From Azolla caroliniana (Eukaryota; Plantae; Polypodiophyta), in NCBI GenBank assembly GCA_043228905.1, contig JBHGNT010000001.1, forward strand, positions 28,458,001 to 28,522,000: a stretch of DNA of 64,000 nucleotides. The letters are read 5' to 3'. Position numbers and translations under genes: made by a program. This document shows, piece after piece, positions 40,001 through 52,949 of the stretch. A model generated the notes under the pieces. The model had not been told where the DNA came from. It was given only the letters and a program-made list of their open reading frames with translations, and did not search any database. Positions within the stretch are counted from its first letter, which is position 1; each line of letters opens with the position of its first letter.

Positions 40001-42748
40001 TCCTCATCCCCTCATGAAAGTATGCTTTAGCCCTTGACAACGTCAACACTCATCCTTATCAAACAGAGAGAATATGCTTCTGTTTCCCCATCCAATATGT
40101 CGCATGTATAGTTCTGCTCGTATTAAATGTTAGCAAACTATATTGATTATTCAATAATTTGGGGATTTCTAAAGTTTTTAATACGATATATAAAGGAAAA
40201 CTTGCTCTCAAGGTATGGTTTATCATGTAATGGTGAGTTACCTCGTTGTACAATGCCCATTAAAGATCTTCATGGGAATATAATTTGATAGAAGTGTTGG
40301 TGCAATCGAAGTGTAAAATTTTAGCATTATGTATTTCGGTACAAGATAAATGGTAATGATTAGTAATATTGTATAATTGAGACATAAAAGTACTCTTACG
40401 TTTTACTCTCATTCTCTTCTTGTGTATACAATATATTTACGATCTTTTGTATTCTAGTGTTATCTACCTTATCTGTGTTGCTCACTTCAGCTCAAATAAA
40501 TGTAGCAAATTAACAATATCATAAGGGAATTCCTGTTTTTGTTCTCGCTATATCATTTAATTGTAAGTAAAATGGATGATTCAAGTATGGAAACACTATG
40601 AAACATGTAATTGGAAAAAAGAATAACAAGTTATGTTTGCCACACAATCCACATGTGGTGGTGTACCGACTGTAACTCATAAATTCATCATGGAATGCAA
40701 GCTCTAAATGCATACATTTATAGATTATACAAATCTCTAAGTACAATTGTCAGATGCACCGAGTGCATACAAAACGTATTTAATTTGATGGGGACACGTA
40801 GTCAATACACCACTATGATGGTACCTTGACAAATCATAATAATGTCTACAACTTTGTCATCCTCGTGATAAATCTATATTCTCTTTTTTGGGGAAAAAAA
40901 TTCTATATTCTCATAATGTTGGTGATGGTTAGCCTCCTGTAGCCTCTATTCATTATGAACTACGAATATTTCGAGTATGTCTTACCAAAATCAATCGAAA
41001 AATTATTGCAATTTATGTTTTTACTGATTTACTCAAGAATATCTACTTGAGAGCCTTATCCCCCCTACTCTAATATTTTCCTAACCTATGATAGTTATGA
41101 AGAACAATATATTTGTAATTGCTCAACCTAGCATATAAAAGGGAGCCACCCCGATATTATTCATGCAATTGCCCTTTTTGTAGCTAGATCTACACCTTGA
41201 GACATTAACAACCAACCTTCGACACAACAAACACCACAACCTATAATCCACATCATAGTTGATGTTGAACTTGATGCTACCATAGATGACATCTTGACAC
41301 TCCTCGAACATCATCACCTTATACATAATATTGCAATCTTCTTGCTTGCTAAAGTATTAATACTGTGCACCAATCATAAACACTTGAAAGTATACCAAGA
41401 TTCATAGATTGTAGTATTGGTGCAATATCATGCATGTCAATTTACACATGCACAACATCACAAGTTAGACGACCTTTGAGTGTTTTTTGAACCAAGCTCG
41501 AGGTATTGAGTTTGATTGACCAACCAGTACGCTAACGATCAAGGTTGTGTAAAACTTGATGAGAGCCTCTAAAAGTAAAATAAAATAAAAGTACATTGTG
41601 AAGAGGGCTTAGCTCATTATGAAAGGACAAATACTCACAAAATTTTGGCAATGGATAAAAACTATGTTTCAATAATTAAAACAAAGCCAATATTTAACTC
41701 TTAAGTACTATATAGAATAGTCTAGGAGTAAAAGTTGATAAATAACTAGAAAATTGCCGGATGACTCTTCTTAAATGCATATAGAATGCATGGTTTTCCA
41801 ATAACAAAGCTTTAGAGTTGATCAATGCACTTGATGAAAAATAATATACAAACTTTTAGGAACCTAGGGTGCACTACGTTTTGCACCAAGGTTGAGTAGT
41901 GTTGTGTCATGATCAAGGTTGCGAGGACGAGAAACTTGCTCATAATGGAAGTTAAAAATTTATTGAACCATCTAATTAATATAATCATACTTGATTGACC
42001 TTGTTGGTGTAGGTCATACACACGTTATGGTTAACATTAGGGACAATGCAAATAAATTTATGAATTCCAAATCCTTAGGCTTAACATTTGGAGCTTACAT
42101 ACATATTCATATCAATCATAAATATGTATGGAATGTTTTCTAATGAAATATTCAAGTTTGTTGTAAAATGCATTTCGAGTGTTGCAACCACAACGAAGGT
42201 GACTTGAAAACCTTGTCTCAAATGTTGTTGTTCAATGTTATAAGGATCTAAATAGTCATTCGACTAATTAAGCATACTTTGGGAATATTTGCATATGGTA
42301 GAATAAACGTTGATATTCCTCTGAGATTGATTGCTTGGAGGTGAGGTCCATTAGGTGAAGGCCTCTTACAACCTATGCTACAAGAGATAACAATGTGCTT
42401 GCACCTTGGGCTTATAAGTTATCATAGTAATTTTGTGTTCCCAATTCAGACACTTGGGAGGTGATAACATAATAAGAAGTGCATGTTAGGGTGGAAAATA
42501 AACCAAGGAGTAATACAAGTAGAGAAAATAATTGAGCAACAAGAGTGATGTGGCCCACAAAATGCAACCTAAACTTGAGTTCCAATGCAAGTATGTTGAT
42601 CTCAAAATGTTTATCGACAATTATGTCATATCCCACCTTTCAATACATGTACCATAATGTACTTGTATGGTGAGGAGCTCAAGGTTTACAACTAATCGTC
42701 TTAATTAATCTCTAATGTTGCTTCAATGATATTGTGTCAAGATCCATT

Positions 42749-42866
42749 GTTACAGACATCACCATATAATATCTCGTGGTAAGATTGTACCATAGTATTC
42801 TATACATGTGGATAAAATACTACGGTACAATCTTACCACGGGATATTACATGGTCATGCCCGTAAC
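42749..42866. repeat. Imperfect palindrome of about 118 bp (fold-back, arms about 50 bp)
   Basis: GTTACAGACATCACCATATAATATCTCGTGGTAAGATTGTACCATAGTATT pairs with AATACTACGGTACAATCTTACCACGGGATATTACATGGTCATGCCCGTAAC with a few mismatches. Confidence 0.85.
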
Positions 42867-44569
42867 GTCCACATTGTGAAACACAAATATCAACATACTC
42901 TATTTAAACAAAATGATTCACCAAGTTTATTATGAATCTCAAACTTCTCATTGAAGGAGTGCATCATAACACATGTCTTGAAGGGAGGCATGTGATACCA
43001 CAATATTAGTGTTAAGCTCTAATGAACATGAAAATGATAATGACACCATTGCAATATTGTTGTGAGGCATAATGTATTGCTTGTTTATTTCTGTGTAGTT
43101 TATAATGTAAATTATAGTAATATTGTGAACATACAATTGACAATTTGTTGGGGCATTGTAGTCTCTTGTATGACATATCAAGGCAAGTTATGTTTTCACA
43201 TTCTATCATAGTGGTGGTGGTTTATATTAAACTTGTAAGAAGCTGGAGAGGCAACGTGAAATATCACACTTTTTGCATGTCACAATGCCTTATTTTATAA
43301 CCATAAGCTATAATATTCATATGACTAGTTGGACTCGTCATAATGTATCTTGTGTAATAAATCCTTTGAAAAAGTATATTTCCCAAATTTTAAATTCCAA
43401 ACATAGATTTCATAAAGACATGCATTACTATAAGACATTATTTACCCTTCTCAATCTCATATTTACTCACATTACTAAAAGCCAATGTGCTTCTACATTT
43501 TTTTAATTTTTAATTTATATTTTTTCCAAAACAAATGTGCTTCTACATTATCTCTATTTACGGAAAAGGCAATTAAATTTTAGTTTGATAATTGACTCTA
43601 GCCTTTCAATATGTACGTTGTATTGTTTTCAATACTTGGGATATGGCATTTAGTTTTTTGAGCACATTATCAATTATCATGATCACAAACTAGAACTGTA
43701 AATACAAATGGATCACAACATCAAACTAGTTGCTTAAGACTTGAAACTACAATATTAGGGTTTTCATTCACAATCTTTGGAAAGTAATAAGTTAAATGGA
43801 ATTGGTATGGATTTCTAAACTCTTGTATTTGATGCATGAAGCTTGTTAAAAGGTAGTAATCTCACAATTCCAATTAACGGCATCCAATGTGGATTGTTTT
43901 TTGGAGAATCTCCAACCCTCTATGGATTCTATTATGCTTTTGTTTTTGTTTTTTTTCCATAAAAGATAGTACATTAGTATTAAGAAACTCATAAGGCGAT
44001 ACATAAAATATATACATTTAGGTAATGAGCCCCTTTCTAAGTTCAAATTATTGGCTTAAATAAATACTTCGATGTAAAGTAGAACCATGCCACCTTACCA
44101 GAAATTCGTCTATTATGCTCTTGTTGATAAAACCCGATACGAAATCTTTATCCGTTAGGGTGATATCAACAAAATTTTCGCAGTGTGAACCTTCGATAGA
44201 TGGATAAAACAATTCTTGATTTGTATTCATATCCATGCAACCTTTCTTACTTTAGTATATGCAACATTCAACTTTGTTCCACCGACATGTTTTGAATCAA
44301 AATAACTAAGAGATAAGACAAATTGATGTTATTGTGTGGATGACACCAACTATGATTGGAAATATCATGGTCACTTTCTCATAAGAAGAGGGTTTTTTGT
44401 GGAACCAAAGAATATTACAAAGAGTCTCTTCTAGTAATGGAGATGATAAAGCACATGGCTCATAGAGGGAAAACATTATAAAAAGCATGGCTCAATGAGG
44501 GTAAACACTATAAAGCATATGCAGCTCATGTATTTTTTGTAAGATCACTTGTAAACTTTTATAGCTAGA

Positions 44570-45410
44570 TGTCAAATGAGAAGCTTGATAGAACCAACTT
44601 TGCAAGATGAAAGTGCAAAATGACACCATTACTTGTTGGAGAAGGATATTGGGGCTACATTGAAGGCAACTTGACGGACATGCTAAATCCATGAAGAAAC
44701 AATTATATCAAATGGCAACAAGGGACTAGCTGCATGATGTATAATTGTCTAACATTGTAGATGCACAATCACATGGTTGGCTACATCTAAAATCCAAAGA
44801 CTCCAAATGTTGCATGATAAAATCTATGTAAGATTTTTGCTGCTAAAGACAATCACATGCAATCTTCAACTTAGACAAGAGTTGAATAACATGCAACTAA
44901 AGGTTATAACTTATATCAATAAATGACTATACCCTAAAAAATAACTTGTTATGAGATTCTCTTGTCCCCATCAATGTGTTGATCAATATGAATGAGATGA
45001 TGCAAATATTTCTCAGTGGCTTATCATAACTGTTTGTCTTGTGTAGAGCTCCCATCATTGCAAGAGACTCACTCCCACAATCTCTGACCTATGGTGAATG
45101 TTTCTCATAAAAAGGAATTATGAAGAAAACAACAAGTATTTTGGCTTTGAAAGCCGAATGTTGTGCTCTCACTCTAAGAACAATTGTGGAGGATGGAGAG
45201 GAAGATGATTGACAAATAAATTCGATGGGCAAAACATTGAGTGCATGGCAAATGTATTGGCAAGGTGTGGACTTCCAAAACAGGAACATTAACAAATGCA
45301 AAAATAGGAATTTTGGAAGAAGGGGAAGTTTCCATTGTGGACGAAACAACCAAAACTAACCATAGTGTTCATACTTCGGCAAATCCGACCATGTGGAGGT
45401 AGTCTGTTGT
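44570..45410 (+). mobile_element. Ty1/copia gag remnant (pseudogenised)
   Basis: Plus-strand translation fragments KLDRTNFAR*KCKMTPLLVGEGYWGYIEG, LQLRQELNNMQ, an RGR-like linker and a decayed zinc knuckle CSYFGKSDHVEVVC resemble copia gag (UBN2-type). Confidence 0.7.
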
Positions 45411-46099
45411 CCAACATCCATAATCCGTCAACTCTAAATACAACAAATAGGGTATGGAGTGCTTGATCGATAACTTGCTTGATGACTTGTTTGGTGATAC
45501 TACTGATGACTTGCTTGATAATTCAAACGACCAACTTTTGGCATGATCACTTGAAAGGTTTTCTCGATTAATAGAAAATGCTCAAATTTCAAGGTACACT
45601 AAACCTTATTTGATTAGGCAAAGCAAAGGTGAAGAAACATGATCAATACAAAGACAATCATATATGTCACGGAGAGGCCATGAACGGCCACTCCGACAAA
45701 TTTGCAAACTTGGGTTCATTTGTAGATAGTGAATCAATGTGATTATGCACAAATAAAAGTCAAGAAGACTACCAAAGGCTTATAAACAAATACATCACTC
45801 AAACTTTGAGAAAAATGCAATGACCTTGTTCGTCTATAATTACATGGAACCATGGTACACCTTCATGGTGAAGGTACATCGATCATCCTTGAACTTGAAA
45901 GCTTCAAAGAAGCAACTCATGTCCCTCAATGAGAGATCTAACCCCATTCCAACCTTCAAATATGGAAGCTCATCTTTATTCCACCATAGCCACAACAATA
46001 TCAATCAATCTATCTATCTATTGCAAAAGATTTCCTTCATTAGTATTAAGAAAAGCGCCATAAAGTTACAAAATGTACAATCACAAAGTGTTATATACA

Positions 46100-47050
46100 A
46101 AAAAGATGATCATGACAAGGACTAGGGGTGATGATATTTCCATATCGGTCCTTGAGAGGAGACTATGAACAAAGGCAACTTCCTCCATAATTGCACAATA
46201 ATGTTTTTCTTTCCTTAAGAACAACCTTCGAAGAGCCAATCATATTGTCATATTGCCCCCCCAATACCGCCAATAAGCTCTCCCATAATTCCGGCAATAT
46301 ACCTGAGAGAAGAGGATTATGAAATCATATCATCTTTTACAACGATACTTTCATAAGATCCATAATTTAACCGTAGATATGGTTTTCCATACATGGGCTG
46401 CACGCATTTTCTTGCGAGGTTGCTAAAAAGGGGAAACAAAAATTAGATGCATGTTGATGACTATCATAGTCTTTGGAGCATCATCTGCCTCATACAACAA
46501 GAGACTGGAATGGAGAACCTCCTCATATTGCTAACCCCCAAGAGAAGAGGCAACTTGCATTAATTGTTAGGAATAAAGAAAGAACTTTATTCCATACCTG
46601 TTGGGCTAATGAGCATGACTAGAGAGTGTGCTTGGTAGGTTCATGCATGTCACCTCAATAACAACATTGTCTAAGAATGATTGCCACATCTCCTTTCAAT
46701 GACTGACCTACTAGTAGTGTTGCATATAGTAAAACCCATTTGAAGAGAATATATTTGGTTGGTCCCCGAAAAGACCAAATCCATTTCCAATATGCCTTCA
46801 AATGAATGCTTGAAACACCCCACTTATTCCAATGATTTTGAGTTGTAGGAGTTGAAATATTCTTAGACATGGGTAAGGTTCTACCAAATTTCACAGTGTA
46901 CTAAAAGAATAGAACTTTCTACAATGGATCCATCATGGGATTGGTCTAGAACAGTAATTAGACGACAAATATCTTCACAACAAGAAAACACTCGATGAAC
47001 AAGATCAAGGAGTTCTCAACAACACCTATACTACATCAAATTAACTCGTT
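46100..47050 (-). mobile_element. Decayed LINE 3' remnant (zf-RVT-like region)
   Basis: ORF 46655-46894 contains YWKWIWSFRGPTKYILFKWVLLYATLLVG, resembling the W..IW....P.K...F.W motif before the zf-RVT cysteines. Boundaries uncertain. Confidence 0.5.
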
Positions 47051-47275
47051 AAGCTTGATGGGGAGTGCAAGAGCGCTAGTACAATATCAAAGGTCATCAT
47101 ATAAATGACCATAATGACATAAGATTAGCTTGAGGGGGTGAGTTCAAATGACATGCATAATCACATATAACTTTGTTTGTGAATGTACGCTTATTGGGGC
47201 ACTCTTTTGCATTAACATTCACCATTAATGTAATGAATGGGAGATGTTTTTGCATTGAATGAAGTGGGTACCTTA

Positions 47276-47667
47276 TAACAATCGGCAACCACAAACCGAA
47301 CCGCAAAACCCCGACTTAACGGTTTGGTGGTTTTTAAATTTTTAAAAATTGTTACATTTTTTTTAAAACAACCTTTTTATTTTAAAGCCTAATTCTCAGA
47401 TTTTAGGAAAAATCTTTAAAATTTTGAGAAATTAAAATTTGAAATAATTAAAATTTTAAAAATTTTAAATTAAAATTTGACCTTAAGTTGAAAACCAAAA
47501 CTGAACCACGAAACCATGGTTTTAGCGGTCTAATGGTTTAACAATTTGAATTTTTACCTAACGGTTCGGTTTAACGGTTTCATGGTTTGGTTCGGTTCAA
47601 GTTTCAAAAATTTTAAATTGTTTGGTTTGGACACTCTCGAATTGAATCGAACTGTTGCCGATTGTTA
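47276..47667. mobile_element. Non-autonomous hAT-type MITE (392 bp)
   Basis: Perfect 14-bp TIR TAACAATCGGCAAC / GTTGCCGATTGTTA, perfect 8-bp TSD GTACCTTA at 47268-47275 and 47668-47675, and AAACCG/CGGTTT subterminal motifs. Confidence 0.93.
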
Positions 47668-47799
47668 GTACCTTAGATATCCCTCTCACTCTCCTATCAT
47701 TACCTATTATTTCTAACTTCTAATAGCATAGAAGTTTCATATAAACCAAGCTCCCACTCATTTATAATGTTTTGGGTAACCTTGATTTATAATTGTTTT

Positions 47800-50782
47800 A
47801 CGCTTAACATCATTTTTAGATGAACTGAATATGTATCCCTTATTTTGCTTAAGAGACAAGACTAGTTGATGAAGGAGTGCCACATGGGCCTTCTCCATAC
47901 AAACCTTTATCAGATGACATAATCCGATATTCTATCCAAGGAGAAGTCTTCCTTGTAGGAGATTTTAATGCAAGAACCCAATCCCGACAATATTTTGGAT
48001 GAATAAAAATCTAGAAATGGTAAAGTCGATCCTTTAGACATAGGCACCACACGTAGATCAAAAGATCAAGATGCAGACACCATGAGCTTTGGCCATCATT
48101 TGCTCAAACTTGGTAGTTGGCATCGGATGATCATATATAATGGTTCAGCCAAGTGGCCAGGCTCGGAAGAGCTCACATGTTTCCCACATGGAGGAGGGAA
48201 AAGCACAATGGACTATCTAATAGGACACCTTGAAGATATCCACATGATTAACTCCATGTCCTATTGGCGCATACCATAGTTTCCATCACACCACAATACA
48301 TTTCACACACGAGCTATTAGACATATACTCCCGACATGTTCAGGCCCATCTCTCCTCTCTTGATTCCTCCTTGCCTTTAGAAAGCCTTCCTACGGAACTC
48401 GCATACATCCTTCACTTCGCAACAATTAACAACTTCCCATATACGAAACACTCCAATCAAGGTAGAGTAGGGTCTATGCCACATAATAGATGGTATGATG
48501 AGGATGATAGGGACTTACATAGACAACTTAAAGTATCACAACTGAATGGTACTATCACCTCAATACAAGCTCACAAAGAAATGCGCAAGATGACACGTCA
48601 TAAGAGACGAGCGTGGGAAGCATCCCAATATTGGGAACTCTACCATATGCTCATGAGTAGTGATTGCACCACTGCGTGGAAGAGACTACGGGAACCAAGA
48701 CCACAAACACCCATCGAGGATCCCAACACTTGGCACACATATATACAGAGATACTTTACAAGTCCCAAACTAGCCACCCATTCCAATGTTGCCTACACCC
48801 CGACCTACCATGGGGACACTTTTCACGACCTCTAGGGTCATGACGGTCATAAAGAAATTACAACACAGGAAGTCCATGGACCACACAAGATTGCGAACAA
48901 AACACATCATATATGCACGAGATTGCCTAGTACCTCCCTTTCTAACTATAATCTTCAATCGAGCCCTCACCGAGGGCTTTCCACCACACTAGACTATGAA
49001 TACAGTGGCCCCCATACATAAGGGAGGGAACCCCATGGACCCAAATACATATAGGACCATTATGATAGGCCATACACTTGCTAAATTATATGGTGCAGTA
49101 ATGGAAGCAGAGCTTAGCGATTATATGGAGACCTTAAATCTTTGAGCACCTGAACATGTTGGCTTTAGACGAGGCTTCTCTACTATTGATCATATGTTCA
49201 CACTTAGATGCTTAATTGACCTGACAAAAGCTCGCAAGTAGAAATTATACTGTTGTTTTGTGAACTTCTGCAAAGCCTTTAACACAATCCTTAGAGAGCA
49301 GTTGTTTGATAGGCTTAAAAGCTTGAAGATACCATATGACATTATTTGGGCCATCTACGCAGTAAATGAGCAAGGCTCCGGGTGCATACGATGCCTAGGT
49401 GGCCTATCTTATTGCTTCACTAGCACTATTGGTGTAAAGCAAGCCTGCCCATTATCATCAACTCTTTTTGGGATCTACATTGATGAGATCACGAATTTTA
49501 TTGCTCGTAAGGGAGGCAATGGAGTAGTCGTTGGGGGTACCCAAGTTCATATCTTGCTCTATGCAGACGACATAGTTTTGCTCTTTGAGTTCGAACACGA
49601 CCTACAAAGGCACCTTAACGCCTTATATGACTTTTACACACAACAAGGATTGGTAGTGAACCTAGGGAAAACTAAAGTCCTTATCTTCCATGAATCGGCT
49701 CAAGTTAGAACTAAGCATCACCTAACCATCTCCCATAGCCCAATTGAGGTAGTTGAATCATATTTATATCTCGGACTCACTTTCAGTGCCCGCTCAGGTA
49801 AGTTTTTGATGACACAAGTAGCAAAGGATAGACATACGAGAGGACATGCATTCCTATCACTATTAGAGAGACAATGCCACTAGGCATACTTTCAAGAGCT
49901 ATAGACTAAGGGGTGGCTCTACGACTCATTAGTGACCCCCTCGCTCATGTATGCATCAGTGGTTTGGGCTCCAAGGCTACCATCTTCCATGTGGACGCAA
50001 TTGGAGAGACCATTGGTGATGATGCTATCATGCCAACTTCGAAGCAAATTGACAGTACCACATGACATTATTAGAGTTGAGTTCACTTTACCCCCGATGT
50101 TAGTAGAAGCACTTTTTCAACTTGTAGTCTTTATTCATAGGATACATAACCAACCGCATGATAGGATAACTCATCAAGCTTTTGAAGCATCTTGATCACT
50201 GTATGAGTTCGACTATACTAGCTCATGGTGTGGCATGATGTTGACTTGGCTTCTTGCAAACGGTCTAGACATTAATAACCTACCTCCCCTTAATAGGTAC
50301 AACCACAGATTGATAACACTTTGATCTCTCACGAGGACCGTAATAAAGCAATACACTAAGAAATATGGAAAATTTACACTCGATATAAATGGATCACCCC
50401 ACTAGAGCCACTCCCATCTAAAATGTTGTACTATAAGGAACACAATTTTATTAGACAACCAAAATATCTAGATGCATTCTTATCAAATGCACTAAGGGTT
50501 GCCAATGGACAACTTAGAAGATTATCTCACCAACTTGAGATTGAGAATGATTGTACTAATGACGTCCCTAAAGAGGAAAGGATATGTAGATTATGTCACA
50601 TAGAGATAGAGGATGAGTACCACTTTACATGCAAGTGTCCAACTTATGCTGAGATAAGGGCAAAATACCGAGACATACTCGGTCCCTCTCCCACCTTCCC
50701 CAAACTATTAGATACTCTAGATATAAAGAAATTAGGAAGATGTATCTTAGAGCTAAAACAACGTAGAGAGAATAAACTGTAA
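47800..50782 (+). mobile_element. Degenerate non-L1 LINE (RTE-X/L2/CR1-like ORF2: APE endonuclease, RT and C-terminal Cys/His region)
   Basis: VGDFNART (about 47955), STMDYLIG (APE); PNTYRTIMIG, VNFCKAFNTI, GVKQACPLSSTLF, LYADDIVL, NLGKTKV, YLYLG (RT); ERICRLC..EDEYHFTCKCPTYAEIR at the end. Multiple stops and frameshifts; the clade is tentative. Confidence 0.88.
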
Positions 50783-50964
50783 CAAAATGTTGACGATAAT
50801 GTTTCTAAGATTCACCAACATGTAACAAATGAAGTTTTTTAGGAACAAGGGGAGACGACGAATGTGGACACACCTGCACCACTCAACCTCTTCATTGATG
50901 AAGTAGAAAACCAAAGAAGAACCAAATGCCCTCGAATGCCAGGTTTCAAAGCAACTCAATATGG

Positions 50965-51659
50965 TGTAGAAGCAATTAAGAAAATAAGGGAACGTTGTCG
51001 TGAAGAAAACCGTCCACAAGCGGAATCGGTGCACCGGGGCGTAGGAACCGGCTCTTCATGCACGTGCGCCTTATGTTGTACATAGGAGATCCTAGGCTGG
51101 TAGATTCGGTAGGTAGGAAGTAAAGGGGAAACTGCTCCTTCCTTGCCTATAAAAGGAGGGAGACGAGGAGGGGCGAAGGGATCGCAGAATCGGAGAGGAC
51201 GAAGTGCTGTCGGATTGCGGGCCGAAGGCTTCTCTCTCTTCCATACTCTGTAGTTCCTTTCTGTGCAGGTCTCGGGAGGCTCGTGCTGCTCTGAGGAATG
51301 CCCGAGTGCTTCCGGCAGCACCTCCAACCTACTCCTTTCTTTCTGTGCATTTACGAACAAGCATCGGCATCTGTTCGCCGGCCTGTTCGGTTGTAACCGT
51401 CTTCGTGTTCTTGTTGTTTTGTCTTTGTTAATACATACATACATTCACGTCTCTTTGTGTCGCTGTCCCACTCGCGTCTTTGTGTCGAAGGGCCGTGTCC
51501 CTGTGAATCTACGCTCGCACGTAGTGGGTCTCTCCTCCTTTCTCACTTGCTCTTCGGTACAGGACTCCCGAGGTCCCGCCTCATTCCACGCATCCGCGAG
51601 GAATACCTCGGCAACGTGAGCTACACCGCCTATAAGCCATGGTTGGGGTTCCTTCTACA
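50965..51659 (+). mobile_element. Probable solo LTR (695 bp)
   Basis: GC-rich block bounded by TGTAGAAG...CTTCTACA (TG..CA, 8-bp inverted ends) with an internal TATAAAAG at about 51148. The flanks ATGG / CTGG match only 3 of 4, so the TSD is not clean. Confidence 0.6.
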
Positions 51660-52312
51660 CTGGGACCACAGGTCATACCCACACCGAAACCCTTTGACCT
51701 CCCACTTCTTTTCGAGAGGCTTGGATGGAAATGACACAAGGCCTAGTACAAAGTCATTTCCTTTATATCGAAAATGTTACATCATAACATGTTTTGTACA
51801 ATACTAGAACTCTTTTAGCTTAAGTTCTATTTTTATTTTTGATGATAGGGTAAATACCCTATTTTGTTGTACACCAATTGTTTCATGGGCCAATTTTGGC
51901 CTTAGAAGATGTTAATATATGTTTCATTCATTCATTCATTCATTCTCTGTCTCTCTGCCACACACACACACAAATATCTTACTCGGTGTACTTCTATACA
52001 TTGAACCATACTCTCTAGTTCTTTCCATGTCCTCGAGCTCTTGATTGGGAAAAAATAAGAATAAAAGGAATGAGAAGGAATATACTAGGATACATCGTAC
52101 AACTCTAATACAAAAAATGAGACGAAGGAATGAAGTCACATTTTCCATGAAATTAGAGAAATACTAGGAAGCAAGAGCTTCAAAATGTATGTATATGATT
52201 TTCTTATGTCTATGAAATTACAAATAATTTTGGTTATGTCATGGATGATGAAGTCAACACTACTTGAAGGTTGGAAAAGGACAAGAATAACCCTAACTTG
52301 CGATAGTTAAGA

Positions 52313-52378
52313 ACCAAGAGTCCCCCCGCCCCCGCCACCGCACCAACCAAGAGTCCCCCCGCCCCCGCCACCGCACCA
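52313..52378. repeat. Perfect 33-bp C-rich tandem duplication
   Basis: ACCAAGAGTCCCCCCGCCCCCGCCACCGCACCA twice. Confidence 0.9.
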
Positions 52379-52453
52379 GAGGTGAGAGAAGTGGGTTTCA
52401 AACCCAACAAATAATGCTTATAGTATAACAACTTAGCACTAGGGTATGCTAAT

Positions 52454-52502
<49 letters not shown>

Positions 52503-52505
52503 ACA

Positions 52506-52653
52506 ATTGCCCACTGGAGGTCAGGGGTTCAACCCCTACATTTCACAGTGGCATCTAGTGAATGAAGAGGATATGTATGGATGAATCGGGGTCTCGAACC
52601 TAAGACCTAGGGATAGTAGTGCGTAACAACTAACCACTGGTCCACTAGGGCAA
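52506..52653. mobile_element. tRNA-derived SINE-like or fold-back element between GA microsatellites
   Basis: Minus strand reads GCCCTAGTGGACCAGTGGTTAG...GGTCTTAGGTTCGAGACCCCG (A-box-like and B-box-like); plus strand has GGTCAGGGGTTCAACCCCT (B-box-like); the ends are TTGCCC / GGGCAA. Confidence 0.45.
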
Positions 52654-52884
52654 GGTAATCATGATAAAAGAAAGAGAGAGCGAGAGAGAGGGGGGGGGGG
52701 GGGGGGGTAGGTAGGGAAAATGAGATTTATGGGGAAAGTGCAGGGGCATTTTGCGTAAATATAATATCTCTTTCTCTTACAGTCTCGTTCTCTTTTTTAG
52801 TCTTCTAAGGTCTTGTATGTAACAACATACATTCTCTAGCTGCTTTCTGCTTGAGAGACTAGACAGGCAGGGCTTTTCTGAAAA

Positions 52885-52922
<38 letters not shown>

Positions 52923-52949
52923 TTTTGTCGGGACAACGAAACAGAGCAG

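Noticed and set aside
31469-44500. Numerous 60-136 aa ORFs in the long intergenic stretch
   Set aside because: Composition is random AT-rich, with no motifs or coherent exon chain; likely decayed TEs I cannot classify.
50864-51807. Cluster of overlapping ORFs on both strands
   Set aside because: Explained by the high GC content of the solo-LTR candidate; no protein motif.
52575-52653. Functional tRNA gene
   Set aside because: A-box and B-box-like motifs are present but I could not fold a convincing acceptor or anticodon stem; treated as a SINE-like relic.
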